Origin: Candidatus Eiseniibacteriota bacterium
Lineage (GTDB): Bacteria; Eisenbacteria; RBG-16-71-46
Direction of reading: 5' to 3'
DNA length: 64,000 bases
NCBI GenBank assembly: GCA_963717505.1
Contig: OY970342.1
Span: 2,240,001-2,304,000 of the forward strand
In this document: positions 1 through 8,766 of the stretch, piece after piece
Numbering within the stretch: the stretch's first letter is position 1
How the letters are laid out: every line of letters starts with the position of its first letter
Translations under genes and position numbers: made by a program
Notes under the pieces: model-generated
What the model saw: only the letters and a program-made list of their open reading frames with translations
What the model was told of the DNA's origin: nothing
Databases searched by the model: none

Positions 1-2
1 TA

Positions 3-1433
3 CGCGGCGCCGAGGAGCCACTCTACGTCGATACGCGCACGGGCTACGTCGAGGGGGGCGTGGGCTCGGCCACCAACCGCAGCACGGGGCGCGCTTCGGT
101 GCGGGGCTCAGTGGCCTTTGCGGTCCGCGACCACGCGCTCAAGACGGGCGTGGTCTATGAGGACGAGTTCTTCGAGGAGCAACTGTCCTACGACCAGGTC
201 TGGAGGCAGCAGTTCTACTACCAGACCATCACGCTCGTGGGCCGCGACGTTCGCGGTCACATCCGTGCGCCGGCGCTATTTGTTCAGGATGCGTGGCAGG
301 CCACGCGCGCTCTGCGGCTCGACGTCGGACTGCGCTGGTCCGAGGAATACTGGGTGGCTTCCGGCGGCGACGTCGGCCAGCGGATCGCCAACCAGTGGCA
401 GCCGAGGGCGGGTTCAGCTGGCGCATGGATCAGACGCCGGGCGTCGGTGTTCGGTTCGCTCGGGCGGTTCTACCAACGCACGCGGCTCGCGGTGCCGGGG
501 CTCTTCCTTCAGGACCTGCCGAGCACATATGAGGTGAGGATCTACCCCAACGATCCACGCAGCGACCCCTCGGGGGGAACGACGGTGTTCACCCAGACGC
601 TGGGTCACCAGCCCGAGGTCGACGGTTTGCGCGGCGCGGCATTCGACGAGGTCCAGATCGGGGCCGATCGCGTCTTTGCCGGTCGTGTCCACGTGGTCGC
701 GCGCGGTGTGTACCGCACCCAGCAGAGCGGCATCGTTGCGGTCGAATCGCCGATTACCGGCCAGGCGGTCTATGGCAACCCCGGCTCGGGCGAGCTGGCG
801 CCCTATCCCGGGATCTCGAGAGTCTATCGAGCTCTCGAACTCACGGCCGACGTCCAGGGTGCGGACGGTAGCGTCTTCGGCGCCAGCTACGTGCTGTCGT
901 CCATCCGCGGGAACTACGAGGGCTACTGGGGGCAGTCCGCGGGCGTCAACGACCCGGTCGGGGCAGCGGCATTCGTTACCGATCTGTCGGGCGTTGCCTT
1001 CATCCAGGGACAGCTGCCGAACGATCGTCCGCACCAGTTCAAGCTGCACGGCCAGGGGGCGCTCGGGCACGGCGTCTCGGTTGGCGCCACGCTGTTCTGG
1101 CTCTCGGGCACGCCGATCAGCGAGCTGGGAGTGACCCAGTATGGCGCGCCGTACTACACGTTCTTGAGCCCGCGCGGCAGCCTCGGGCGCACGCCGTCGA
1201 TCTATGACCTGAGCTTGCGAATTGCCTACGATCCTCCACTGGGGAGCGTAGCGCGGGCCCGGCCGCGGATGCTGCTGGACGTGTACCACGTCGGGAACCC
1301 GCGGCGTCCGGTGGTCATCGACCAGGTCCGCTTCTTCGACGCTGCGCAGACGTCGCCCAATCCCAACTACGGGCAGACGCTCTTCTTCCAGCCGTCAGTC
1401 GCGTATCGGGTGGGTGTCGAGGCGAGCTGGTGA
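3..1433 (+). CDS. TonB-dependent receptor (Oar-like), 3' part; runs off the left edge
   Basis: Frame open from base 3; ALFVQDAW, LRLDVGLRW, QPR..GRFY, GQLPNDRPHQFKL; barrel-type terminus YRVGVEASW. Confidence 0.85.
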   Translation, partial: RGAEEPLYVDTRTGYVEGGVGSATNRSTGRASVRGSVAFAVRDHALKTGVVYEDEFFEEQLSYDQVWRQQFYYQTITLVGRDVRGHIRAPALFVQDAWQATRALRLDVGLRWSEEYWVASGGDVGQRIANQWQPRAGSAGAWIRRRASVFGSLGRFYQRTRLAVPGLFLQDLPSTYEVRIYPNDPRSDPSGGTTVFTQTLGHQPEVDGLRGAAFDEVQIGADRVFAGRVHVVARGVYRTQQSGIVAVESPITGQAVYGNPGSGELAPYPGISRVYRALELTADVQGADGSVFGASYVLSSIRGNYEGYWGQSAGVNDPVGAAAFVTDLSGVAFIQGQLPNDRPHQFKLHGQGALGHGVSVGATLFWLSGTPISELGVTQYGAPYYTFLSPRGSLGRTPSIYDLSLRIAYDPPLGSVARARPRMLLDVYHVGNPRRPVVIDQVRFFDAAQTSPNPNYGQTLFFQPSVAYRVGVEASW

Positions 1434-1549
1434 TCGGAACCGTCCTCGGCCCGTTCACGATCCTCGAAGAGCCGGGTGCACTCGGCGCCAAGCTCCACGA
1501 AGCGAAAGTCGGCTCCGCGAACGTGGAGTCCAAACGCCACTCGGGATGA
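1430..1549 (+). pseudogene. Possible relic of a Ser/Thr kinase N-terminus (39 aa)
   Basis: GTGA overlap with the upstream stop; reads MIGTVLGPFTILEEPGA, like kinase starts (MIGxxLGxYxIxExLG), then degenerates. Confidence 0.35.
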
Positions 1550-1672
1550 GATGGCTTGCTGGTCATGACGCGAGCCCAATGCTGCACCGTAACTCGCAAC
1601 CTCATGTCCCGCTTCAACGTGATCCGACTCCGTGCGCCGCCACGGGACGCCACGACCCCTCTCTCCGGGCGG

Positions 1673-1688
1673 CGGCACACGACCTGCA
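1673..1688 (+). promoter_or_regulatory. Sigma-54 (-24/-12) promoter
   Basis: CGGCACACGACCTGCA = GG-N10-GC, ~80 nt upstream of ATG 1770. Confidence 0.6.
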
Positions 1689-1769
1689 ATGACTCCGCCT
1701 CTCACGATGTCGCCGGTCGCCGCCCCACCTTGGAGGCGTGGCTTGCGCCGCGGGAACGAGGAGGTCGTC

Positions 1770-3023
1770 ATGTCGAGGTTCAACACCAGGCATTCGCACG
1801 GCAACACGGGACCGCCGTTTGCAGGATTGCGTCGGGTCGCGCCGGCCGTGCTGTTATTGGCCGCAATCGCGCTCGCGGGCTGCGATAGCCAAAAGCTCGT
1901 GTCGCCGACGCTCTCGCCCACGGCTTCGAACTCGGCCGCGGCTCTGAGCGGCGGCAATGGAATCCTCTCGGCGGGCGAGGCACTGCATCTCGAAGGCAGT
2001 ATTGGACGCGGGGCTCTGTGGTCGATCGACCGGCCGGCCGACTGGAACGGTGATCTCGTCGTCTACCTGCACGGCTATACCGATCCGGCGCTGCCGGTCG
2101 CACTTCCCGCGTTCGGGCCGATCCGCGACGCCCTTCTGCAGCGAGGCTACGCGGTGGTGGCGTCGAGCTACTCGGAGAACGGCTATGCCGCGAAGGACGG
2201 GGTGCAGCGCTCGCACCAGCTGCGAGGGGTGTTTGCCTCGAAGGTGGGACAGCCGGAGCGCACCTACCTCTTCGGCCAGTCGCTGGGCGGACTCGTTGGC
2301 TTGCTCATGACCCAGAAGTATCCCGAGCAGTACGACGGGAGCCTGCTGGTGTGCGGAATCGTCGGCGGCAGCGACGACGAGATCCAGTACATGGGCGACA
2401 TCCGTGTGTTGTTCGACGCCGTCTACCCCGGGGTGATGCCCGGCGACCTCGAGCATCCGCCCGCGAATCCGAACTACGGAGCACTCACGGGCGCCATCGC
2501 CACCGCAGTCACCGCCAACCCTCAGGGTCTCGGCATCATCCAGTGTCTGGCTCGCCGGCCGCTGCCCGGAGCCAACGGCCAGGAACTGGTGACTTCGCTG
2601 GTCACAGTGCTGCTGTTCGGAGTGCAGGGGGGTGGGGACCTGTTCGACCGGACTCACGGGCACTCGTTCTACGACAACGCGGATTGGCAATACTCGTGCT
2701 CGGCGCTGCCCGCGGCGATGGTCGCCGACATCAATGCGCGCGTGGCACGCTTCGACGCTGCGCCCGATGCCCAGGCGTACCTGGCTCACTACGGTGAGCC
2801 CGCAGGGAATCTCCAGGACCCCGTGCTCGCGCTCCACACGTCGCGCGACCCGGTCGTGCCGGTGTTTCACGAGGATCTCTTCGGCCAGGTGGCGGCAGGC
2901 CCCCAACTGCTGCAGCGCGCCGTCAGCCGGTACGGTCACTGCACCTTCACCATTGCCGAACTGATGTCGAATTTCGAATCTCTGGTGGGTTGGGTGGAAA
3001 CCGGTATCAAACCGGCCAGCTGA
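1770..3023 (+). CDS. Alpha/beta-hydrolase lipoprotein
   Basis: RBS GAGGAGG before ATG 1770; lipobox LAGC; YLHGY, GQSLGG nucleophile, DPVVP acid, YGHC histidine. Confidence 0.85.
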   Translation: MSRFNTRHSHGNTGPPFAGLRRVAPAVLLLAAIALAGCDSQKLVSPTLSPTASNSAAALSGGNGILSAGEALHLEGSIGRGALWSIDRPADWNGDLVVYLHGYTDPALPVALPAFGPIRDALLQRGYAVVASSYSENGYAAKDGVQRSHQLRGVFASKVGQPERTYLFGQSLGGLVGLLMTQKYPEQYDGSLLVCGIVGGSDDEIQYMGDIRVLFDAVYPGVMPGDLEHPPANPNYGALTGAIATAVTANPQGLGIIQCLARRPLPGANGQELVTSLVTVLLFGVQGGGDLFDRTHGHSFYDNADWQYSCSALPAAMVADINARVARFDAAPDAQAYLAHYGEPAGNLQDPVLALHTSRDPVVPVFHEDLFGQVAAGPQLLQRAVSRYGHCTFTIAELMSNFESLVGWVETGIKPAS

Positions 3024-3156
3024 ACCGCCGTGCTTGGCGCGCTCGCGGGTTTCGGCCCGCGGGCGCGCCGCCGGAAGGAGCCCAGGTATAATGGCGCCCG
3101 TTTGCAATGACGATCCGCATGGCTGGGTCGTGCTGCGCGAACTCGAGGTGCGCCGA

Positions 3157-4737
3157 ATGACCTCTGATTCCGAGCGATTGTCGCAACAGCTGATCGAATC
3201 CCTGCGAGCAGTGCTCTGCCAGGTGGCGGAGCCCGACGCGGTGCTCCGGGCCATCCTCGATCAGGCCGTCGCCTTCACGCAGGCCGAGCGTGGGCTGTTC
3301 GTCGAGGTTGCCGAGCAAGGGGAGATCGTCTATCGGGTGCTGCACGGTTTCGAGCCCAAGAACCTCGAGGGCGAGCGAGGCCGCTTCAGTCGCAATCTGT
3401 TCAAGCGGGTGCTGGAAGGCGGCACCGAGATCGTGATTGCCGACGCTCGAGATGACGTGTTCTATCAGGTGTTCGCGTCGTTCCGGGCCTTGCGCACTTC
3501 GTCGATCCTGTGCGTTCCGATCCGCACGTCCCGCGGCATCGCCGCGATCGTCCACCTCGAGCATCGCAGCATCGGGCACTTTGGACGCGATCACGTCCAG
3601 ATGCTGCAGTACCTCGTGGACCTTGCCGGCCCGGTGCTCGAATCGCTGAGGGCCGGACGCGAGATGATGCAGGAGCGCGATCGGCTGCGACTGTCCGAGA
3701 CGCAGTATCGCTCCGAGGCCGAGGAGAACCGGCGGTTGCTCGCGTCCGAATGGTCGTTCGGGCGCTTCGTCGGCCGCTCGGCGTCGGTGCGCAGCCTCGA
3801 GGACACCGTTCGCAAGGCCGCCGCAACCGACTTCCCCATCCTGATCCTGGGCGAGACCGGCACCGGCAAGAGCATTCTCGCGCGCGTGCTGCACTACGGT
3901 GGGCCCCGGGCCGCGGGGCCGCTGGTCACGGTGTTCTGCCCTTCGCTCGAACGCAGCATGGTCGAGCCCGAGCTGTTCGGCCACAAGCGTGGCGCGTTCA
4001 CCGGTGCGGTGAGCGATCGTCTGGGCAAGGTCCCGGCGGCCGAGAAGGGCACGCTGTTCCTCGACGAGATCGGGGAGCTGCCCCTGGAGATCCAGCCCAA
4101 GCTCTTACGACTCCTCCAGGAACGAACCTACGAGCGCATTGGCGAGGCCGAAGAGCGGCGCGCCGATGTTCGCGTGATCGCTGCCACCAACCGCGACCTC
4201 GAGGCGGAAGTGCGTGCGGGCCGATTTCGTCGCGACCTGTTCGAGCGCATTCACTACATCCCGATCCGGATCCCGCCCCTGCGCGAGCGGGTCGAGGACA
4301 TTCCGTTGCTGCTGCGCCACTCCCTGGATCAGACGGATTCCGGGCGCTGGATCGAGCCGTCGCCCGAGGTCTGCGATTACCTCAAGGGTCTGGCGTTCTC
4401 CTGGCCCGGGAACGTGCGCCATCTCGAACAACTGGCGGCGCGCATGACGATGGAGGGGTGGAAAGGAGCGGTTCGGGTCGACGACGTCGTCCGTCTGCTG
4501 GGTGCCGGCATCGCCGGCGAAGGCGAGCCACTTGCAGCTGGCGATGGGGAGCGTGTCGAACTCGACGCGGGGCTGCCCAGGCTCCTGGAAGCCGCGGAGC
4601 GCAAGTGGATCGAGGAGGCGATTCGTCGCTACCCCGACCTTACGCGCGCCGAGGTCGCCGCCAAGCTCAAGATCAGCGAGTCGGCGTTCTACAAGAAGCT
4701 TCGCCACCTTGGGCTGGGAGGGCCGGCCTCCACCTGA
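3157..4737 (+). CDS. Sigma-54-dependent activator (GAF-AAA+-HTH)
   Basis: GAF region (SILCVPI), Walker [30 protein letters not shown]-terminal HTH; TATAAT at 3087-3092. Confidence 0.93.
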   Translation: MTSDSERLSQQLIESLRAVLCQVAEPDAVLRAILDQAVAFTQAERGLFVEVAEQGEIVYRVLHGFEPKNLEGERGRFSRNLFKRVLEGGTEIVIADARDDVFYQVFASFRALRTSSILCVPIRTSRGIAAIVHLEHRSIGHFGRDHVQMLQYLVDLAGPVLESLRAGREMMQERDRLRLSETQYRSEAEENRRLLASEWSFGRFVGRSASVRSLEDTVRKAAATDFPILILGETGTGKSILARVLHYGGPRAAGPLVTVFCPSLERSMVEPELFGHKRGAFTGAVSDRLGKVPAAEKGTLFLDEIGELPLEIQPKLLRLLQERTYERIGEAEERRADVRVIAATNRDLEAEVRAGRFRRDLFERIHYIPIRIPPLRERVEDIPLLLRHSLDQTDSGRWIEPSPEVCDYLKGLAFSWPGNVRHLEQLAARMTMEGWKGAVRVDDVVRLLGAGIAGEGEPLAAGDGERVELDAGLPRLLEAAERKWIEEAIRRYPDLTRAEVAAKLKISESAFYKKLRHLGLGGPAST

Positions 4738-4740
4738 TGA

Positions 4741-4764
4741 CGAGCTGTCGCGAACGACAGCTCG
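4741..4764. repeat. Perfect 10-bp inverted repeat (hairpin or activator enhancer site)
   Basis: CGAGCTGTCG-CGAA-CGACAGCTCG right after the activator stop, ~140 bp upstream of a sigma-54 promoter. Confidence 0.6.
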
Positions 4765-4899
4765 CTTCTCCATCGACGAGCCGCTGAGCGCATTTGCGCT
4801 TCTGCACCTCGCGACATCCCGCAACAGTCCAGCCCGCCTATTCTCTGCCAGGAACGCAGTTGCGAGCCCATCGCCCTTCGGCGTCTCGAGGACATCCGA

Positions 4900-4915
4900 C
4901 GGCACGACTTCTGCC
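4900..4915 (+). promoter_or_regulatory. Sigma-54 (-24/-12) promoter
   Basis: CGGCACGACTTCTGCC, near consensus TGGCACG-N4-TTGC. Confidence 0.65.
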
Positions 4916-4925
4916 ATGGGTAATG

Positions 4926-5079
4926 CCCGAAGCCGAGTGGCGCTGATCGGCGGGCCAATTGGCACCGCCGCCATCGTCGCCTAACTCGGATTCGGGGGAG
5001 TTGTACCGCCCAGGCGGCGGGCCGCACGCCGCTCCAGGGCGCCTGCCCCCACGGAGGCGCCCTGGAAACGGGCGGAACT
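4926..5079 (+). ncRNA. Candidate structured small RNA
   Basis: Begins at the predicted sigma-54 +1; long hairpin 4926-4996 and multibranch domain 4999-5079; no credible ORF. Confidence 0.45.
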
Positions 5080-5086
5080 GGCGGCC

Positions 5087-6310
5087 CTAGAAATACTCCT
5101 GAGTTCCCAGGTACAACCCCTTGGACGCGGACTGCCCCCAGCCGTAGTCGACAGTCAGGTTGGTCTTCGTGCGCTTGATGAACTTGATGCGGAGGCCAAG
5201 GCCAATACCGGGGTCGAACTTGCTGAAGGTTCCGGAATCGAGCGTGCTGCTCGTGCCGTTCACGAACACGGTCGCGCCGAGCAGGCCATTCTTGGTCAGC
5301 ACCTTTCGGTACTCGCACTCGACGTAGACCTGATTGGGTGCTCGCAAGCGACCCTGCACGTACCCGCGCCCACTCTTGGTGAAGGTGTCCCAGCCGATCG
5401 CGGGCGTGTCCAGGTAGGGCGCCGGCCCGTACGTGGTCCACAACGTGACCCAGATCGCGAGCACGTCCTCGGGTCCGCTCGGCATGCGCGGATAGGCGCG
5501 AAAGTCGCTCCACAACTCCTGCCAGTTCCGGTCGTCACCCAAACCCGTCGAATACGCGCGAAAACTCGCATTCCAGTGAAGTCCGAGGGTCGGATAGATG
5601 GGACTCTCCCGGCTGTCGATCAGGATGTTGGCCGACACGCCTGACGCCATGGTGCGCGTCACGTCGCCGCTGTAGGCCGTGAACGGAGTGGACTCGCCGG
5701 CAAGCGCGCGCTCGTCCTCGATCTGGTCGTGAATGTTCAAATGGTAGCCGGGTCCGGCGTAGATGTTGTTACCCACGCGCAAGTAGGCCGTCTGATAGAG
5801 ACGCCACATGACGAAGTTCATCGGGTACTTGCCGGTCTGTTCGCTCAGGGGACCCAGGCCGTAGGTCGGCTGCGAGGTGTCGAGGTAGCGCCAGTCGCCC
5901 TTGAAGTTCCATCGATTGCCCGGAACCCACGCGTCGGACTTGAACTGAAGGCTCAACTGGTGCGACGTCGAATAGGTGAAGTTGAGGGCGAACACGGAGA
6001 CACGAGTCCTATCGGGATCGCCCAGCCAGCCACCCGCACTGGCCCCGATTCCGATGTAGGCGCCAAACGCCGGGTTGTAGCCGATCGAGGGCAACGCAAC
6101 GATCGCGAGCCCCGGCCTGGGCCGCATCGTCGCTTCGGTGTTCACGCGATCCTTCCCCAGGAGTTGGGCGATGACGTCCCCGATGTCGCGCTGGGGAACC
6201 TGTGTAGTCGTGTCGGCGACCGTCGAATCGGCGGGGACCTGTGCGACAGCAGTTGTCGTCACAGCACAGCTCATCGCGGTGATGAGGGCGGCGACGATGG
6301 CGCGCGACAT
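5087..6310 (-). CDS. BamA/TamA (Omp85) family outer-membrane barrel, no evident POTRA domains
   Basis: Signal peptide from MSRAIVAA; GRGYVQGRLR lid motif; terminal LYLGTQEYF. Confidence 0.85.
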   Translation of the reverse strand: MSRAIVAALITAMSCAVTTTAVAQVPADSTVADTTTQVPQRDIGDVIAQLLGKDRVNTEATMRPRPGLAIVALPSIGYNPAFGAYIGIGASAGGWLGDPDRTRVSVFALNFTYSTSHQLSLQFKSDAWVPGNRWNFKGDWRYLDTSQPTYGLGPLSEQTGKYPMNFVMWRLYQTAYLRVGNNIYAGPGYHLNIHDQIEDERALAGESTPFTAYSGDVTRTMASGVSANILIDSRESPIYPTLGLHWNASFRAYSTGLGDDRNWQELWSDFRAYPRMPSGPEDVLAIWVTLWTTYGPAPYLDTPAIGWDTFTKSGRGYVQGRLRAPNQVYVECEYRKVLTKNGLLGATVFVNGTSSTLDSGTFSKFDPGIGLGLRIKFIKRTKTNLTVDYGWGQSASKGLYLGTQEYF

Positions 6311-6502
6311 TCGAAGGTCCTCGGGGTGTCCAATGAACCACGGCGAACGCGTGAGAATCGCGGACCGGCGCTCATGGCGCAAGGAGTCGCCGAAAGGTGA
6401 GCGGACATCGCACCGCGGCCGGTGGACTTGCCGCGAGGGTATCGCCCGAATACGGTAGGGGCCTTCCGCCGACCCTTTCACCCAGTTTCGAAGGGAAGAA
6501 CC

Positions 6503-6814
6503 ATGTTGCTGATCCGAGAAATCATGTACTGCAAGCCCGGCAAAGTTCGCCCCATGGTCGAGAAGTTCCTCGCGATGTCCAAGATCATGGAGAAGGGGGG
6601 CATGGGAAAGATGCGGGTCATGACCGACTTCAGCGGCGAGCGCTACTGGACCCTGGTTGCCGAGTTCGAAGTGCCCAACATGAAGGCGTTCGAGGACATG
6701 TCTCAAGGCCAGGGTCATAGCGAGGCCGAAATGAAGCAAATGGAAGAAATCATGAAGGGCTACCACGACCTCGTGGAGCAGGGGCGCCGGGAGATCTACA
6801 AGATCGAAGGCTAG
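6503..6814 (+). CDS. Small NIPSNAP-like (dimeric alpha-beta barrel) protein
   Basis: IREIMYCKPGK...RVMTDFSGERYWTLV...GRREIYKIE; host-like codon use. Confidence 0.7.
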   Translation: MLLIREIMYCKPGKVRPMVEKFLAMSKIMEKGGMGKMRVMTDFSGERYWTLVAEFEVPNMKAFEDMSQGQGHSEAEMKQMEEIMKGYHDLVEQGRREIYKIEG

Positions 6815-6868
6815 GACGCGGGCGTTCCGCGCCTGCCGCGGCCATCCAAGCCACAACGACGAGCACTC

Positions 6869-8125
6869 ATGCAGGTTGAAGTCATCACCATCGGCAACGA
6901 AGTGTTGTCGGGCCGCACCCTCGACACCAACTTCGCGTGGCTGGCGCGCGCGCTCGAAGAAGTGAGCGTGCGCGTCGGTTGGCACTCGACCGTCGGCGAT
7001 TCGGCCGATCGGATCGGCGACGCGCTGCGCCGGGCACTCGATCGTGCCGACGCGGTGGTGACCACCGGCGGCCTCGGACCCACGCCCGACGACCTGACGC
7101 GCAAGGCCGTGGCCACCGTGCTCAGTCGTCCGCTGCGGCTCGACGAAGACGTGCTGCAGAGCATTCGCGAGCGGGTGAAGAAGTTCGGCCGTGCGATGCC
7201 GGCATCGGTCGAGGCCCAGGCGCTGCTGCCCAAAGGGGCGCAGGCGTGGCCAAACCGTCAGGGCACGGCCCCGGGGCTTCTGATTCTCGAGCGCGACAAG
7301 CCGCTGATTCTGCTCCCCGGCGTGCCCTACGAAATGGAAGGGCTCGCAAGCGAGTTCGTCGTGCCCTACCTGCGCGAGCGCGCCGGCCGGCGGGTGGAGG
7401 TATTCACGCTGCGCACCGCCGGTGTTGCCGAGAGTCATCTGCACGAGAAGATCGGTCCCATGCCGCAGACCTGGCCCGGTGCGGCACTCGCCTACCTGCC
7501 GAGCTTTTTTGGCGTCGACCTGCGCGTGACGGTGACCGGCGACGACCGGGCGCAGGTCGAAGCGGTCGCCGGGCGCGCCTACGACGAGCTGCGCGCGCGC
7601 GTGGCGTCGGTGATGTACGCCGAAGGCTCGACTCCGATCGAGCAGGTCGTGGCCGAGACGCTGATCGAGCAGGGACGAAAGCTGGCGGTGGCCGAGTCGT
7701 GCACCGGCGGGCTCATGGCCAAGCGCATCACCGATTTCTCGGGCTCGTCCAAGTACTTCGAGCGGGGCTTCGTGACCTATTCCAACGAGTCCAAGGTGCA
7801 ATTGCTCGGCGTGCGCGCCGAGGACATAGCCGCCCACGGCGCGGTGAGCGCGGTGGTCGCCGAGCAGATGGCGCGCGGTGCGGCGGAACGCGCGGGCGTC
7901 GAAGCCGGGGTCGGCATCACCGGCATCGCCGGGCCCGAGGGTGGCTCGGCCGAGAAGCCGGTGGGCACCGTGTTCATTGCCGTCCACACGCCGGGGGGCA
8001 CGGCGGTGCGGCCGTACCGCTTCGTCGGCACGCGCAACACGATTCGCGAGCGCGCGGCGCAGACCGCCCTCGACTTGCTCAGGCGGCACCTGAAGGGATT
8101 GCCGCTCGATCCGCGTCTCGGTTAG
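6869..8125 (+). CDS. cinA: Competence/damage-inducible protein CinA (MocF + NMN deamidase)
   Basis: IGNEVLSG..DTN, GGLGPTPDDLT, LPGVP, AESCTGG, TYSN, GIAGP. Confidence 0.96.
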   Translation: MQVEVITIGNEVLSGRTLDTNFAWLARALEEVSVRVGWHSTVGDSADRIGDALRRALDRADAVVTTGGLGPTPDDLTRKAVATVLSRPLRLDEDVLQSIRERVKKFGRAMPASVEAQALLPKGAQAWPNRQGTAPGLLILERDKPLILLPGVPYEMEGLASEFVVPYLRERAGRRVEVFTLRTAGVAESHLHEKIGPMPQTWPGAALAYLPSFFGVDLRVTVTGDDRAQVEAVAGRAYDELRARVASVMYAEGSTPIEQVVAETLIEQGRKLAVAESCTGGLMAKRITDFSGSSKYFERGFVTYSNESKVQLLGVRAEDIAAHGAVSAVVAEQMARGAAERAGVEAGVGITGIAGPEGGSAEKPVGTVFIAVHTPGGTAVRPYRFVGTRNTIRERAAQTALDLLRRHLKGLPLDPRLG

Positions 8126-8157
8126 GCCCATGCATTCGGCCGTGCGAGGTATGTGAC

Positions 8158-8757
8158 GTGGGTGAACCGAAGGCAGCGCACCGCGTGTTTCTCGCGGTGT
8201 TCCCGCCGGAAGGCGTACAGCGCGCCGCGCACGCCTTGGGCGAGTCGCTGCGGCGCGACGGTGACGGCGTGTCGTGGGTCAAGCGCGACAACCTGCACTA
8301 CACGATGCGTTTCATCGGCGATGTTGGCGACGACGGATTGCGACGCGTGGCCGAGGCCGCGGCGACCACTGCCGAGCGCCATGAGGCATTCGACGCCGAG
8401 CTGGGCGGCATCGGCGCGTTTCCGAACACAAGGAAGGCGCGCGTGATTTGGCTAGGGATGACGGCGGGCGAGCGGGCGATGATGGAACTCGGGCGCGACC
8501 TCGAGGCGGAACTCCGGCGGCGCGGATTCGAGAAGGCCGAGCGGCCGTTCACTCCGCACCTGACACTCGGGCGCGCGCGAGTGCCCGGCCGCGACTGGAC
8601 GGAGGAGCTGGAATTGGCACGAGTCGCAGGCGCGGTGCCACGCTTCCGAGTCGATCGGCTGCTGGTGGTCGAGAGTCAGTTGTCGCCAAAGGGATCGATT
8701 TACACGGTCAAGGGCGAGGGAAAGTTGGGAGTATCGGGCAGCCAGCCCGTGCGGTAA
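8158..8757 (+). CDS. thpR: RNA 2',3'-cyclic phosphodiesterase (2H family)
   Basis: Two HxT motifs (LHYTM, PHLTLGR), GAFP; usual position after cinA. Confidence 0.92.
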   Translation: MGEPKAAHRVFLAVFPPEGVQRAAHALGESLRRDGDGVSWVKRDNLHYTMRFIGDVGDDGLRRVAEAAATTAERHEAFDAELGGIGAFPNTRKARVIWLGMTAGERAMMELGRDLEAELRRRGFEKAERPFTPHLTLGRARVPGRDWTEELELARVAGAVPRFRVDRLLVVESQLSPKGSIYTVKGEGKLGVSGSQPVR

Positions 8758-8766
8758 CCTCGTTGC

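Noticed and set aside
4916-4984. 22-codon ORF MGNARSRVALIGGPIGTAAIVA
   Set aside because: Its ATG lies upstream of the predicted sigma-54 start and has no RBS; the pairing pattern favours an RNA
6311-8131. N-terminal ~600 aa of the 1014-aa minus-strand ORF
   Set aside because: Antisense shadow of cinA and the NIPSNAP-like gene; the real Omp85 protein starts at 6310 with a signal peptide
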